From contig CM082589.2 of NCBI GenBank assembly GCA_040954595.2, positions 1,528,009-1,592,008 on the forward strand: a stretch of DNA of 64,000 bases. Reading direction: 5' to 3'. Positions 26,001 to 38,985 of this stretch are shown in pieces (the first letter of the stretch is position 1; each line of letters starts with the position of its first letter). A model generated the notes under the pieces. It was not told where the DNA came from and did not search any database. It was given only the letters and a program-made list of their open reading frames with translations. This DNA comes from Balanoglossus misakiensis. Its lineage: Eukaryota; Animalia; Hemichordata. The position numbers and the translations under genes were made by a program.

Positions 26001-28601
26001 CATTCAAGTGGAAGCTGATTAGCCGAGTGGCTACATTTTGTCGTCACCTGCATGCATAATGAGCTTGACATCACTGTAGCACAGCACCCTGGGAAATTGT
26101 GGAGAGTGCAGCCTGTGGCTATTCAAAACAGAGTCGGGTGGCGGTATCTCGCGTTTGCTTTCAATTGCCGAGCCGGCCATTGTCAGCTGAGTCAATCGTG
26201 TGTTGATATGTGAGCTTGGTACTGACAGCAAAGAGGTGAGTTCTCTTTTGTTCACCTAGGTCAATTGAATCACGGAAAAATGGTTTCAAAATGCCAGTTT
26301 GAACTGAAAGAAAGTCTGGCCTAACAGGTGCGAAACATTACATACTGATTACCCTTGTGGCGTTCCACATTTTCATAATTATTCTGAGAAAGCTCCATTC
26401 ACGAATCAGATACATTCAGCCTGCATTACTAGATGGAGTTTATCCCATCCATACGAACAAACCGTTATGAATAGAGCATTGTTGACTCTCGTACCTGCAT
26501 TTTTCAGATGGAATTCCATTTGAAATGCAAGTTGTTTGTACAGTGCCTGAAAACAGTGCACTCAGGAGAAAGTCTGCATGTAATATTGCTATTCCGTTTG
26601 ATGGTTCTGATGAGGTGAAGTAGACAATCAATAGAAATGTGCATAACACTTTGTTTGAACAGCCTACATCAAACAAAACCGACAAGTGGAATTATGGAAA
26701 AAATACATATAATGCACAGATCATAGGTGCAATGCTGTAAAAAATAACCAAAACAAAGTAATTATCATTTAGATAAGATAATTAGTACTAATTGCAAACT
26801 CATCAGCATATTGTGCAGTGTCATTATATTGACAATACATGCACATATTACAGAATTCATAGCATTGCCTGCTTAATGTAGCATAGCTTACCTGGTCAGG
26901 CATGACTGGTCACTGACTGTTTCATCATTGTATGCTGATTGTATATCATCCATTAGAATTGATTATCAATCACCATGGAGATAAAATACATGTCATTGAG
27001 AATACAGATAAGGTGGGCATAGTGGATGCTAATTTCTTTAAGTACAGGGACAGTTTTTGTTCTTGAGGAACAAGGAACTATCAAGGCTGATAGCAAACAA
27101 ACCGGACGGCGTCATCGTCAAGAGAGCGATCTATTTATAAGTTCACTATTCTTGATATTGTAGGATTTTCACCATCTGGGGAATGTAGAGCAAATAGGAA
27201 ACAAATATGCCAATTCAGTGGAGATTTCTTTGCATGCATTCACCAGCTGTCATCCGCAAAAGCAATATGCCACGAGAGATTTCTGTATCAGTGGCATTAT
27301 CTTGGGAATTTTATTTTTGATATCTTTTATTTTTACATAAAAGTTATTTCTGTTCCTATTTATCAGTTTGTAGAGTGACTTATGAATGTCCATTTGCACT
27401 TGATGTTCCAACACAGGGTTGTGGCTGGGCAGTTGTTTGGAAAGCAGAGTTTGACTTCTGTAAATGTGTTCCTAATTGAAAGCTGCCTTTGACAGATAGG
27501 TGTATCTTTTATTTGATCGCACGTTTTTAAAACAAAACGCCAGATCATGATGCAACCAGAAAAGCTGTAAATATGTTAAGCTAATGCTGTGATTTTCAGT
27601 ATTTACACATATATTGACCAATTTTCTGATCCATTTTTCTATGCAATTGCTACTTGGATCACTAATTACGTGTGTTGCTACCAATGTATTGAACTGTTTG
27701 CTTTTCAGTCAGGCCAAATTGCTTAACAATAGTGTTTCCATTAAGCATAATATCTAATGTACACATGAGAATTTCTCTATAGCGTTGAATTTATTAAACT
27801 GAGTACATAGAAAGTCTTTTGATATAACACTTGAAAACTGAATTGGTTCATGTCATTTTATTGCAAGTCTTGGAGCAAAAAGGCACCTTGGCATACATAT
27901 GTGCAACATGGAAGACGTCTTATACGGTTTCCATCTCAACACATGATCAAACAGTGACGCAAACCGATCACATGTAGTGACGTAAAACTACCTCGCATAA
28001 AGCAAAGAGTGTGAGTTAGAAAATTAGATGTGGAATAGCTACCGGCAATTAGTCATAAATAACACAACCCCAAGTCTGAGTGCGGTCATACTATTACAGT
28101 ATTAGTCCCAGCATGTCTGCATTATTGTATCACGTGATGATGTAAAGCCTATTTCGACTGTTGGTATTTAGCTATAAATCTCTCATTGTAAGCTTTTAGC
28201 ATTTATCTTGCGAATGCTATCATCTAGTACCGGGGGTAACCCTTTAAAAGTTGAAATGAACTAATACCTCCTGCTGTGCCAAAAGTCAGCTCTTAGTCTA
28301 TAACACTCTTATAATATAATCAGTACATACATGTTGATATCAACATGACATCTGCTGCTGTATTTTCTGTTTGGTTATTTGTTCCTTCTGAAGTCTTATA
28401 TATTTTTTTTCAGAGAAAGGTTATATCCGGTGCCATTTGTGTGAGTTAATAAGAGAGAGTTGTAAATTTCCTGATTAAGTTAAACATTCATTCAAGGTAT
28501 CCTCCATGATGGACAGATGTTTTCTCCAATCTATTAGTCTAGACGTGTCTGGCCTTATAATTCGTCACTGGTTCTAAGCACAACTTCAGTCTACCAGTAT
28601 T

Positions 28602-28655
28602 CTGTCCAAAAGGTAATTCAGATGGCACATATCCTGTCCAAAAGGTATTCAGATG
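28602..28655. repeat. Short direct duplication (CTGTCCAAAAGGTA(A)TTCAGATG x2)
   Basis: Direct reading. Confidence 0.75.
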
Positions 28656-31298
28656 TCTTGCCGTAGTAAGCTGTCATCTTATTCAACCTCAGTAACTTAT
28701 TAAATATGTATCATTCAGAAAGGTGCGAAATGCTACGTGTTTACATATATTTTTTGGAACGAGTGTCACACAAATGTAGACATACAGAATTTTACCTGAA
28801 ACGTACAAAATTATAAACTGCCTTCTTATCAAAATAACAATACATGTATGTGGTAATTGCCACCATTTTGTGTGTGTGCTTTAGAAAGCCTTAAGTGTTA
28901 GTGCATTGAAAAGATGCAACAAAACTGGAAGCATGTCCTAAATATAAAACACTTGCATTCACAATTCCTTCCAAATGCCTAAAAACTTCATGTTGACTAA
29001 AATGTACATGTAACCTGTATTTCCAAATCCATTCAAGCAGAACATTCATTTCCTGCACACAGTACAATTCATCATGTTAATCAACTACTGGAAAATGTGG
29101 TCACATAATCCACAATACCCAGCATCAAATTGACATTTACAAATTCATTATGCTCAATACACAATAATGGAATCATGCCCACTTAAACTTTGAAAAGCAG
29201 TGGAAAAGAAAAATACCTGGATTTGCGTCATACCAAATTTGCCAACTATTTCTCTTTCAAGTTTGAGATGCGAAAATGATTATTTGGATACTGCATGAAA
29301 GATTTCGCAAGTCCCTCATATTAACCACATAGTGAGCAGATTAATTGCACAGTGACTTGGCCATTATTTGCCAAATTATATTGTTTTTCCCACTGGCAGT
29401 ATGCCATCACATGTAACATGCTTCAGGCATAATGGTAATTCAGTTGCAGCATCAACACAACAGAAATAAAACACGGACTTGGTGATGTAACAGTTAATGA
29501 AATAATTTTGATCACATTATTATCCTTTAATTACTGCAAATGTACTTATTATGTATCTGACAGAGCTCTTAAATCAGTCGATATATTCGCTCCAGTTAAA
29601 TCCTCTTGGTTCCATTTCATGCGTCACTATATTGATTGATAAAATAGGTTTAGCAGAATGGCGATGTTGCAAGAAATGAACTTTGATATTTTTTACAGAC
29701 CAAGTTTCTTGCAGATTAAGGTCAGTGTAGATCAATAGTTCTTGCTGGAAACATAATACATCGTGAAAACAACATATTTTGCATGTTCCTACAGTCTTTT
29801 CTAACATCAGTTCGGAAATTGCAGAATGTGTTGTTTGTTCACATTTGCAAATCTTCAGCTTGTTAACATGTGACCTCCTACAGTGGCACTTACACACTGC
29901 CAGTGGAAGTTGAACAGTATTGTTCATCTTCTCAATGACGGCAGTGTTCTTCTGCCTTGTTAATAATTGAAAGTGTGAAGACTGTGTTTTCTGGTCATGG
30001 CGTCTGAGTAGTATAATGGATGCTATCCGTATCCTTGATGCGATTGACATTGAATCGACGTGACAACATGAATCATGGCTAAGAATTGACCCTTTCATGG
30101 ATGGTGCAGAGAAGTGTTGTAGAGGACAATTCAAACATACAAAGTCCTAGTTCCCTGCATGACAGTAAAATCTCTCTGAATTATTCATTGCATGGCAGGA
30201 ACTTAAGGAAAAGAGAAGCTTACATTCGAATATTGCAGTTCAAATGTTGAATTTATCAGGATAAGTTATAAGACATAAATTTGAGTATTCGGGGTTCAGT
30301 TTATAAAACTGTTTATCACTATTGGTGACTACATTTAAAAAATTAATAATTTCTCTTCTCATAAACACTACAAACATTTTCTTTAGCTGCAAGGTTTATA
30401 TTCAGGAGCTATACATCATACAATTTCTGTAACAGTGTCAAAAATCTTGACTAGATATCCCCTTTGGGCCTTCAGTAAAGGCTGGTAGTTAGACCCACGG
30501 GTACTATCCTTCATGACCTATGAACTTTATCAGGAACTCATTGGAATCTTGACAACTGAGTGAGTATTGTTTCTATTGAATGTCACAAGGTGAATATCCA
30601 TCACCTCATGCCCATGCCTTTGAAGCAAAGAGGAAACATTCTCTTTTTCATATACATTGTATGAAAAACAGCTATCAGTATTAAAATGAACAAATGGAAA
30701 GCTTGGCTGGTATCTGGCTTCAGAAATTCAATGAAAGACTTTTATTAATTCAATTTTCATTAAGTAGAACATACATTTGAACAACTTATGACCGACATAT
30801 CTGGTTTCAGTGAGTTTTAAATGTGCACACTTAATTAATTTCTTCCAGATTTTCTTTCATTTCATAAATATTGAAATACCATTCGAAAAGACATTTGATA
30901 AAAAAATCAATACTGGTCATATGAAAAACCTGTCAACTGAGAAACCATATAAATTAACCTTGAGTTTCTTAATTGTACCAAGACTGGTATAATCATTTCC
31001 ATGGTGATGTTATTAATAATATTTATCATAGATGTAGGTTGTAGCTGGTAGCAGGGTCAATCCACTTTGTTTTGTTTTTATGCCTCTCTGTACAACATTT
31101 GAAATTAATATCATGAAAACAAATCCACCTTTAATATTTGGTTTAAATTGTTAATGAAAATGTCATTGTTGTAGATTGAAACTGAAGCCCCATGATTGTT
31201 GGGTAGTCACGATGCACTGTATTCAGGTCCATTAAGCATTGATTGAGATGAAAAGTCAGTGGAATTGAGAGAGATCTAGAGAAAGCAGTTGGAACTTA

Positions 31299-31355
31299 GA
31301 ACAGTCACATCTCCAAGTATTCATGTACCTATAATCAAGGGAAATATTACCATTC
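31299..31355 (-). other. Hairpin-family copy on the minus strand
   Basis: On the minus strand GAAUGGUAAUAUUUCC pairs with GGAGAUGUGACUGUUC (15 of 16 pairs, 4 G.U). Shares 21 identical nt with copy 5. Confidence 0.6.
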
Positions 31356-32943
31356 AAGTAATAAGATAGGCATATCCTTAGTCACACTACTTTTTAAAGT
31401 GGAAGGCGGTACCTGTGTGAGGCATCAAGATTATAATTTATTGATGAAACAATCAAATGTTATCTGAAATGCAGATAGCAAGACACCTTATCTGTGCGTG
31501 TTGTCAGACCTGTCATTCTAGGGAATTGTTCAAGATTGGCCAGAGATTTCTCGGTATGTCAGATGTATTAGCCGTGAGCCACTCCTAGGTTCTCTAGAAG
31601 TTCCGCGAGAAGACGAAACTACAAAGGGCAGCCGTCTTGCGAAGTTCTGCGACAGGACGCAATTGCAAAGAACAGCCGTCCACAAGGGAGGGTTATACGC
31701 AAATGTCAGAGCATATCTGTAAACACCCACTCACCAACAAATTACAATGTGATTGTGACGGTGGTTATACTGCACAAGTTGCATGTCCATGAACTCTCAC
31801 ATTCAAAATTCTGATCGTATATCCAGTATTTCAGTTGCAACAGAGAAACCTGTGGTAAAAGCCAATGTCCGACATCTTTTATGTATGTACCATCTAAGGA
31901 GGTATACCCGTAGCCATTGACATTGACACACTGTTGGGACTCCTGTAATCAGTATACCTGTACATGTAGGTTGTTCAAAGTGTTATTCCCTGTTCAGTGG
32001 ATTGAAGGTTATAGTGAAGATGGGGCAGTGATTCTAATCAGTCTCTGTCCAGGTTCTTTCCTTTGTTTTGAAAGATCAATACCAGATTGCAAATATTGAG
32101 TTTGAGTTTGCGAGACAAGAGAGTACAACCAGAGAGTTCATACCAAATGCACATAACATTGCTGGCTGGCTGTAAGTCGATAAATACATTCCATCATGGT
32201 ACAAGACCTTCATGTGTTCTCTCATTATTAGGAAGTTATGAGTTTCACAAAGATAAATTGTTTGTCAAGGACAATGCAGATTGGCATTGTGGATGTGATT
32301 AATCAAATTCCTTGTTATTCCCTTGAGATCCTGCAAGCATTAAATAGTGATAATGTTTGTTTTCAATTATGTTTTGACATCTCCAAGACATTGCCGTTAA
32401 TGATTGATGTAGCTATATTTCCCCCAATATAATTGATAGTGAGTTGTGACCCCATAGAAAGCACTTAATGGTATCCCATAATAGTTTCCCTTCTTTGTCC
32501 TTTGCTGACTGTTTCATTGCTCATTTATAAAAGAGGGAAACTTTCAAGATGAAATGGCTTTTAAAAATTTGCAAAATCAAAGGACATAAGAAATGGTATT
32601 TCTGATGTGTGTATTTCAACCTGGATGAATGTTTTGCCAGGCCCAAGCTCGCGATCAACATTTTCACCTTAAAAATTTCATAGCGCTGTCAATGCATAAT
32701 AAATTGTTGCCAACCACATCATATTTATACAACGTATAGAAATTAAAATGCATAGGCATCAAATATATATAGATTCAATTGTTGTGACATCAATGGGTTC
32801 CTTTCCGTGGATCAAACCTGTTTGTGTGCCACAGGATGCTGAATGTGGTGTATTTTATTAAAGTGGAAGGTTTGATAGAAAGTGACATCAATCTTTGAAA
32901 GCAGGCATGTATTTTTGTGCAACACTATCAATAGATGTCAGTT

Positions 32944-33010
32944 TGCATTCACGTGTAGTCATTAGCGAATGCTTTATTGTTTGTAGGTTGGCATTGTGAC
33001 TGTTAGTGCA
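32944..33010 (+). other. Hairpin-family copy 6 (motif GGCATTGTGACTGTTAG at 32990)
   Basis: Helices UGCAUU/AGUGCA, GUAGUCAU/GUGACUGU and AAUGCU/GGCAUU with 5-nt bulges. Confidence 0.55.
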
Positions 33011-33523
33011 GCTGCACCATCTAACAGTGGTGAGATTAACAGAAGTCACTAACCTCACTTACTGTAGAACTGTACTTCTAAAAATAATGGCAGAAGGTCA
33101 GCAAGAGAATCACACAAACTCTTGGCAACAAATAGAAATGGCAAGTTCTTTCTTGAATGATTCCTCTCTGCCAGCTCTGGCACAATAGAAGAGGAAGAAA
33201 GAATACCGTATTTTGCGTGCAAATCAGCGATCTACTGTTGAATTAATGTTACGTAGTAAAACTTGCTATTATTGGGAGGTACCGTACAAAGCAAAGCATG
33301 TGATGTGACACATATAGTATAGTACATTTCCGAGTATGGCCAGAATATTTGCACTTTGACCTCTAATAGTGAACACGATTCCAAATTTTGTTTCATTAGA
33401 TTTTAAAGAAAACAATTGTGTCTTTAAAATTCATGGATATACCATCATATGATTGTGAAGGTTTTCAGTTGTTCCATCTGATCTGATTATCAAATCAATG
33501 AAGAATAAGAGCAGGATTTCTAC

Positions 33524-33581
33524 ACAGGTATATCTTAGTTAATTTGCAGTCTAGACAAGGTAGCCCTGGAGATGTGCCTGT
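33524..33581 (+). other. Variant hairpin-family copy (GGAGATGTGCCTGT) with a compensatory change
   Basis: ACAGGUAUAUCU/AGAUGUGCCUGU 12-bp helix; the motif's A>C change is matched by G in the 5' arm. Confidence 0.55.
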
Positions 33582-33695
33582 CACTTAGTTTGATGTGATT
33601 GCCATGGCGTCACTCGACAGGAACACACACTGTCCGAGGATTTTCAATGATGCTTTTACACCCTGCAGACCACAATACACTCAGCATGTCATTCA

Positions 33696-33758
33696 GAAAG
33701 TATCAACATGTTGATGTTATGTGTGTGAATAGCAGGACTTGTGACTGTTTATGTTTCC
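33696..33758 (+). other. Hairpin-family copy 7 (motif GGACTTGTGACTGTTT at 33735), weak stem
   Basis: Exact core motif; only partial local pairing. Confidence 0.4.
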
Positions 33759-36700
33759 AGTCCAGGCTCTGGCTGATGATGGCATTGCAGAACCAAAGGG
33801 AACCAGTGTCACCTGGTGGACCAATAATAACTAAATTGAAATCACTACAAATCTCACATCACTTTGCAAGATCACACTCACAGAAATGCAATGAAATCAT
33901 AATCATCTCGACGAAAATCTACTCAATCAAACAAGTAGATTGAAATATTAATTTTTTATTCCAAGTTTAGATTAAAATCAAATATAGCAGAAGTTTGATA
34001 GTTGAGGGTATAATTGAACACGATTTTCCTATTAGAATGATCTATCCTGAGAACTCTAAGGAAGTGTTGATTGATAACTATACAAACAGAGGCAATTAAG
34101 TAAATAATGACTTCATTACTTGCTGGAAACACTTGGATTAGGAGATTGGAAAATGGTCTTTCTGTATTTGTGCAGCATATCAATCTCATAGCTCACCCTT
34201 AGTCATGTTTTTCCAGTACTGAAAGATAGAGACTGCTTTGCCAGTGAAAAGTGTGTGTCACACAAATAGCATTTTTTTATCCATTGCAAATATCAAGGTG
34301 TAAATTGTATCTGACCTTCAACTTGAGAATCAATCAGAGACTGAGAAGAGAAACGGCTAGATCAAGGTCATTTGAATTCATCTCACCTAACAGCTGTTAC
34401 TAGATATATATCATTTAACTAATCTATATAATAATAGTTTCTCTGTAAAGTATATGTAAATAGACACAATTTATGATATATGTGATAGCAATCTGTTTTC
34501 CCTATAACCAGTACAGGTCTGTCATAACAAGAACCCTTAAATGAAAGAAACAACAGATTTTCATGACAGCCACTTTTTATTTGGATCGAATTGTCACTGA
34601 CACATGCAGAGATAAAGTGTATCTGTAAGCTCTGATATGTTTTCCAATCCTTTTTGACCTGTGTAATGGTTACAGTATATACACATGCAGGGGAAGATAG
34701 AATGAGTTTTTCTGACCGTCTAAAGGATTGTCTCTCTCTATGAAGGCCAACAAGTCATGACTGAAAGAATTTGTCTACTTTCTGTGATGAAAGATTTCAA
34801 TGGACTGTACAGGAATGTTAAAGAGACTAGTCAAAACAAGGAGTGAGTGAAGAAAAGAAGTGAATGGTGAAGTGTGATTGTGTGTGTGGTTTTGCCATAG
34901 CAGACTAATGGCTGTGGAACCAATTTGATGGGTTGGATGAATGACATGTAGGATGGAAAAAGTACTGAAATCTCAGCCTCTGTTCAACATTTTCTGTTTC
35001 CATTCAGTAGCCATAAATTGCAACATGTTCATAGATTGACTGTAATGGTATTTCGCTCATTTGTTGATTGCGTGGCGTCAGAAACGTTGGCTTGACAACC
35101 ACCGAGAGATTGGAGAGTAAATTGACCAGGTCTTCGGAAGAGGATTTACTGAGGGGAATTAAATAATTGGCTTTGTCATTTTACGCAATATTCGCTTCCA
35201 ACTTAGATTTAGATGGATAATGTCTGAACTCTTTACAAGATGTTTATCTTGTCACATAATTGTAGTATGGATGTTCTGTCTACATTTATAGAGTGAAGTG
35301 TGTAGTCAGTAAATCCTAGTGGTGATTTGGTCAAATATGCATTTAAAACTAATCAATCAAAGGTACCGATTTTTTTTGGTCAAAACATGTTTTCTCTGTG
35401 AAAGAAAGAAAAAATCTATGATTGATTAATCTAAAAACACAGCAACTAACTAATCTTACACCACATTTCAATCATAAACAAAGGCCTACCAATATAAAAA
35501 AACAAACACATGTGCATGAGTAAGAACTGAAAAAGACGGAGACTGCAGACAGCTGCTCGAAGAACCAGATGCAGATTTTAAAACTTCATTGTTGTTAAGA
35601 CACAATATCACCCGTGGTTTCTTAAGTTTTATAGCTATGAAATCATTGCAAAGAGGTAATAATACAGCCATAAAAGTCATTCTAGTCTGACTTTCATGCA
35701 AATCATAAATGTTATAGATGCAAGTTTTGCATGGGCTTAAATTTGTCCTAGTTCCCAGATCATCCATTAAACTGATATTTATAGAGTGAATAAAGTTATA
35801 GTACGATTTTAGTAGGATTGGTAATTCCTCTTGGGAGGGGGTATAAGCTCAAAACTAACACCAGTGAATTTTGCTGTTTGTGCTCAGAATATACATATTA
35901 TGGTATGACCAGTGATTTAACTGTTTCCAAGATTTTGTTTACATGCAAGATGTCTACCAGATGTAATTCTGATGAAAAGTCTTTGCATAAGATTACCATT
36001 TAGTTCTCCAAGACATGCACTTTTTAAATTTACATGGATTGGGATATTTCGTATTCAGCAACAGATTGTTTTGGTCTAATGGTATGATGATTTCAAGTCC
36101 TGTTTGACCTTTCAATGTGCAATATGCAGTTAATCATATAATTTGTGCCATCTGAGAATTGATTTTATGGCAATCACCAACAGGAAGTTCAGTGAAATGC
36201 AACATATGATGTCTGTAAATTTAACGATTCCAAAAGATATTAATTTTTGAGCTAAAAATAGTTTGTCTAGAATTGTGTATGGCAAAATTCTCTCAATATT
36301 GCATTCTGTAAAAACATGAATAATGTGTATTATGCTGTATTCCTCTGAACTGATGGATATTGAAGTAAGGCTAAAAAATTCAGTCAGAGTCGATGGTTTA
36401 GTTGAAATTTTTTGTCTGCCGTGGGCTGATTTTCAGCATCAATAACAATGCAATTGGAATGCTGTATGCCAATGTGATAAATGTTCTTCCGGTCTTGGGC
36501 TATTAACGAGGAGTTTTTATCACACAACCATAATGCCTGAGGGAATATATGAGAAATACACAAGAAAAGAGAGACACAGATGTCTAGTCAATACACGAAA
36601 AGGAAATTAGTAAAGGTGTGGTCTTCCTCTGCATTGCTGGAATCCTTTTTGACTCTTGAAAGTTGTTAACAATTTCACATAATTGCTGAAATCTCTTCGT

Positions 36701-38797
36701 AGCTTAATAGCGTGCATATATGCAGGGTAATTCTATCGTAGCTACTTCCTGTTGGTGTGCAAATTGATTTTTTACGAAGTCCCTGTTCAAAAGATGCAAA
36801 GATCGCAACTGTAGACGTCCATTGATTGGACATTATGAAAACAAAGAAAGTCCACTTGGTGTGTAATGTTGCCCAACTTTGAGTATAGTCAATAAATAAA
36901 TAAATGTTTAATTTCAAGGTATTTCCTATTCTTTGTGTTTCTGGACTAACCCAGGTGTGATAGGTTTGACGATGATTTTTAGTTTTAATAGAGAACCAGA
37001 AATGGCCAGATATTACGGCCTATATTTAGCACCACTGTGTCCCCCACTTCTCCCAATTTCCTTCACTGGCATCCTCTCTGCTATCAATATTTATTGCCAT
37101 TTTAGTTTGAGACTGAGTAGTTTGCTATCGAAGCTGACACCCAGACAACTGAGACGTGACCTCTTCACTTCGTGGAGGCAGTCCTGTGTGGGTTTGCACA
37201 CTTAATCTTTGCATTGCTGTCAGGGAAAATAGTTGCCGTTGGGAAACGTCTGGTCTGTGCTGAGCCTTAATATTACATGTAGTTTACCGCTGTCTTTCAT
37301 ATTTCCAACTACTTCTTGGAAGTTGGAAGTCCTGATAAAATGTTAATGGGGTTTCCCAGTTGTTTTACCGGGGTTTCCCCCCTGGAATATCGAGGCAGTC
37401 AGAGTCATATTGATGGTATGAAAAAGCATTACTGGGTTTTCTGAATCATTAACCAGTCATGTTCCCCCATCCCATGAAAAATCGCAAATAAAACAGCATT
37501 TTGAGTATGTATGTACGGTTTGTTATTCTATACCGTTTCACTCAGTATATTGATAGAACTTTTATAGGTGAAATTAAAATGGGAATATTTGTTTTATTGG
37601 TATCTATTGATATGGTCTAGTGAAGCTTGCAATAAATTATGCATGAAGGATAATATTTCATCATTAGTGGATGGAAACGTGTAGGTAGTGCTCAGTGCCT
37701 GGAACGATGGAAACTCAAAGAAATTGTCATTTTCAATTTAGGATCTATTTCAACAATTTTCTGATAGCTTTACATTGTACTGTAATTTGGCTTGAAAAAT
37801 ATGTTTTATTTTTTCATGAAATTAATGTAGACAGTCGGAATTTGTGCCAGGCTCATAGCGTTCCATGTTCTGGAGGGTACAGGTAGTTGTCATGACAATA
37901 GACAATTACCTCTCGCATACAGCAAAGCGTTTGCCTTGACTCAAACAGCCAATCGTATGCCTTGAGACAGACAGCCAAGTGTTTGACTAGTTAGAACAGT
38001 TAAGTCTGAATTGAGAAGTTCTGACAAAGTTGACTATGGCTTGCAGGTGAAATGTCATAGAAACAAAACGAGACAGATATATCAAGCGAACCACTTGAAG
38101 AAAAAACAAGTAACTATTTGCAGGTATACTACAAGTTCAGGGTACCAGTAAATTTCCACAGAATGGCATTTACATTAGGCCAATTATTTGTTCAGCATTG
38201 ACATTTCAACAGGCTGTCCTATAAATATTCTATCCTTAAATTTTGTCTCAGAAATCATTCATGTGCCATGTTTTATGGTATTACTGCTGTGTTACAATGA
38301 GACCATCAACGTCTGTGTCTTCAAAATACTTTGAATGCCACAGGGAAAATCCTGTGTTTGCGATATGTACTATCAAACCGTTGATCACAAGGTTCGCTTT
38401 TGAAAACTAGTAATGCTGTTTGCGAAATTAGCAGTGCAGGAGGTACGTTGTCATAAATGCCAAAAGCATCAGTTGGAAATTAATTTGTGGTCCATCCGTT
38501 GTAGCTCATCAGACCAGTCCATCAAGGAAACCACGGGAGGTGTATACAGTCCGCTCTACAAGAGAAACACTCATTAAATGCCATGTTTAATTATTTGTCT
38601 TGAATACAAGGCAATTTAGAGTTAATTGTTTGACCGTACTTATTCATTTGCAGTATCTCTAAACCAACAAATTTGGATCAGCTTTTAATAGGTGCTTGAA
38701 GAGCAACTTTATAGAGTAATCTAGTTATCTTGTTGGTTCAAGTGAAAATTTTGATTTTTCTGACTTTGGGAGAATTGTAGGAAGTCACTTAAATTGA

Positions 38798-38985
38798 TTA
38801 AAGGAATACAGTCACCTCCAATTTACATTATGCCCATATATGGTCAATTCAAATAGGCATATTTGGGTCTTTGCATGAGTTTATTGGGTGGTGCCCTTTT
38901 TTCGCTTGGCCACCCACTGAAAATCTGTAATTGGCTAGATCTCAATTGTCTGTAGCTGAATTTGCATTGGTGATTGCACCTTAAA
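38798..38985. mobile_element. Degenerate MITE-like element
   Basis: Imperfect terminal inverted repeats TTAAAGGAATACAGTCACC ... GGTGATTGCACCTTAAA around ~150 bp of non-coding sequence. Confidence 0.45.

Noticed and set aside
29574-30134. 186-aa minus-strand ORF
   Set aside because: Non-ATG start, no recognisable domain and intron-like composition.
18357-33005. Hairpin motif as miR-132/212 target sites (GACUGUUA 8-mer), or its reverse complement as a miR-132-like miRNA
   Set aside because: The sites appear intronic and buried in stems, the opposite strand would fold poorly (A.C mismatches), and to my knowledge miR-132 is vertebrate-restricted. Kept only as a curiosity.
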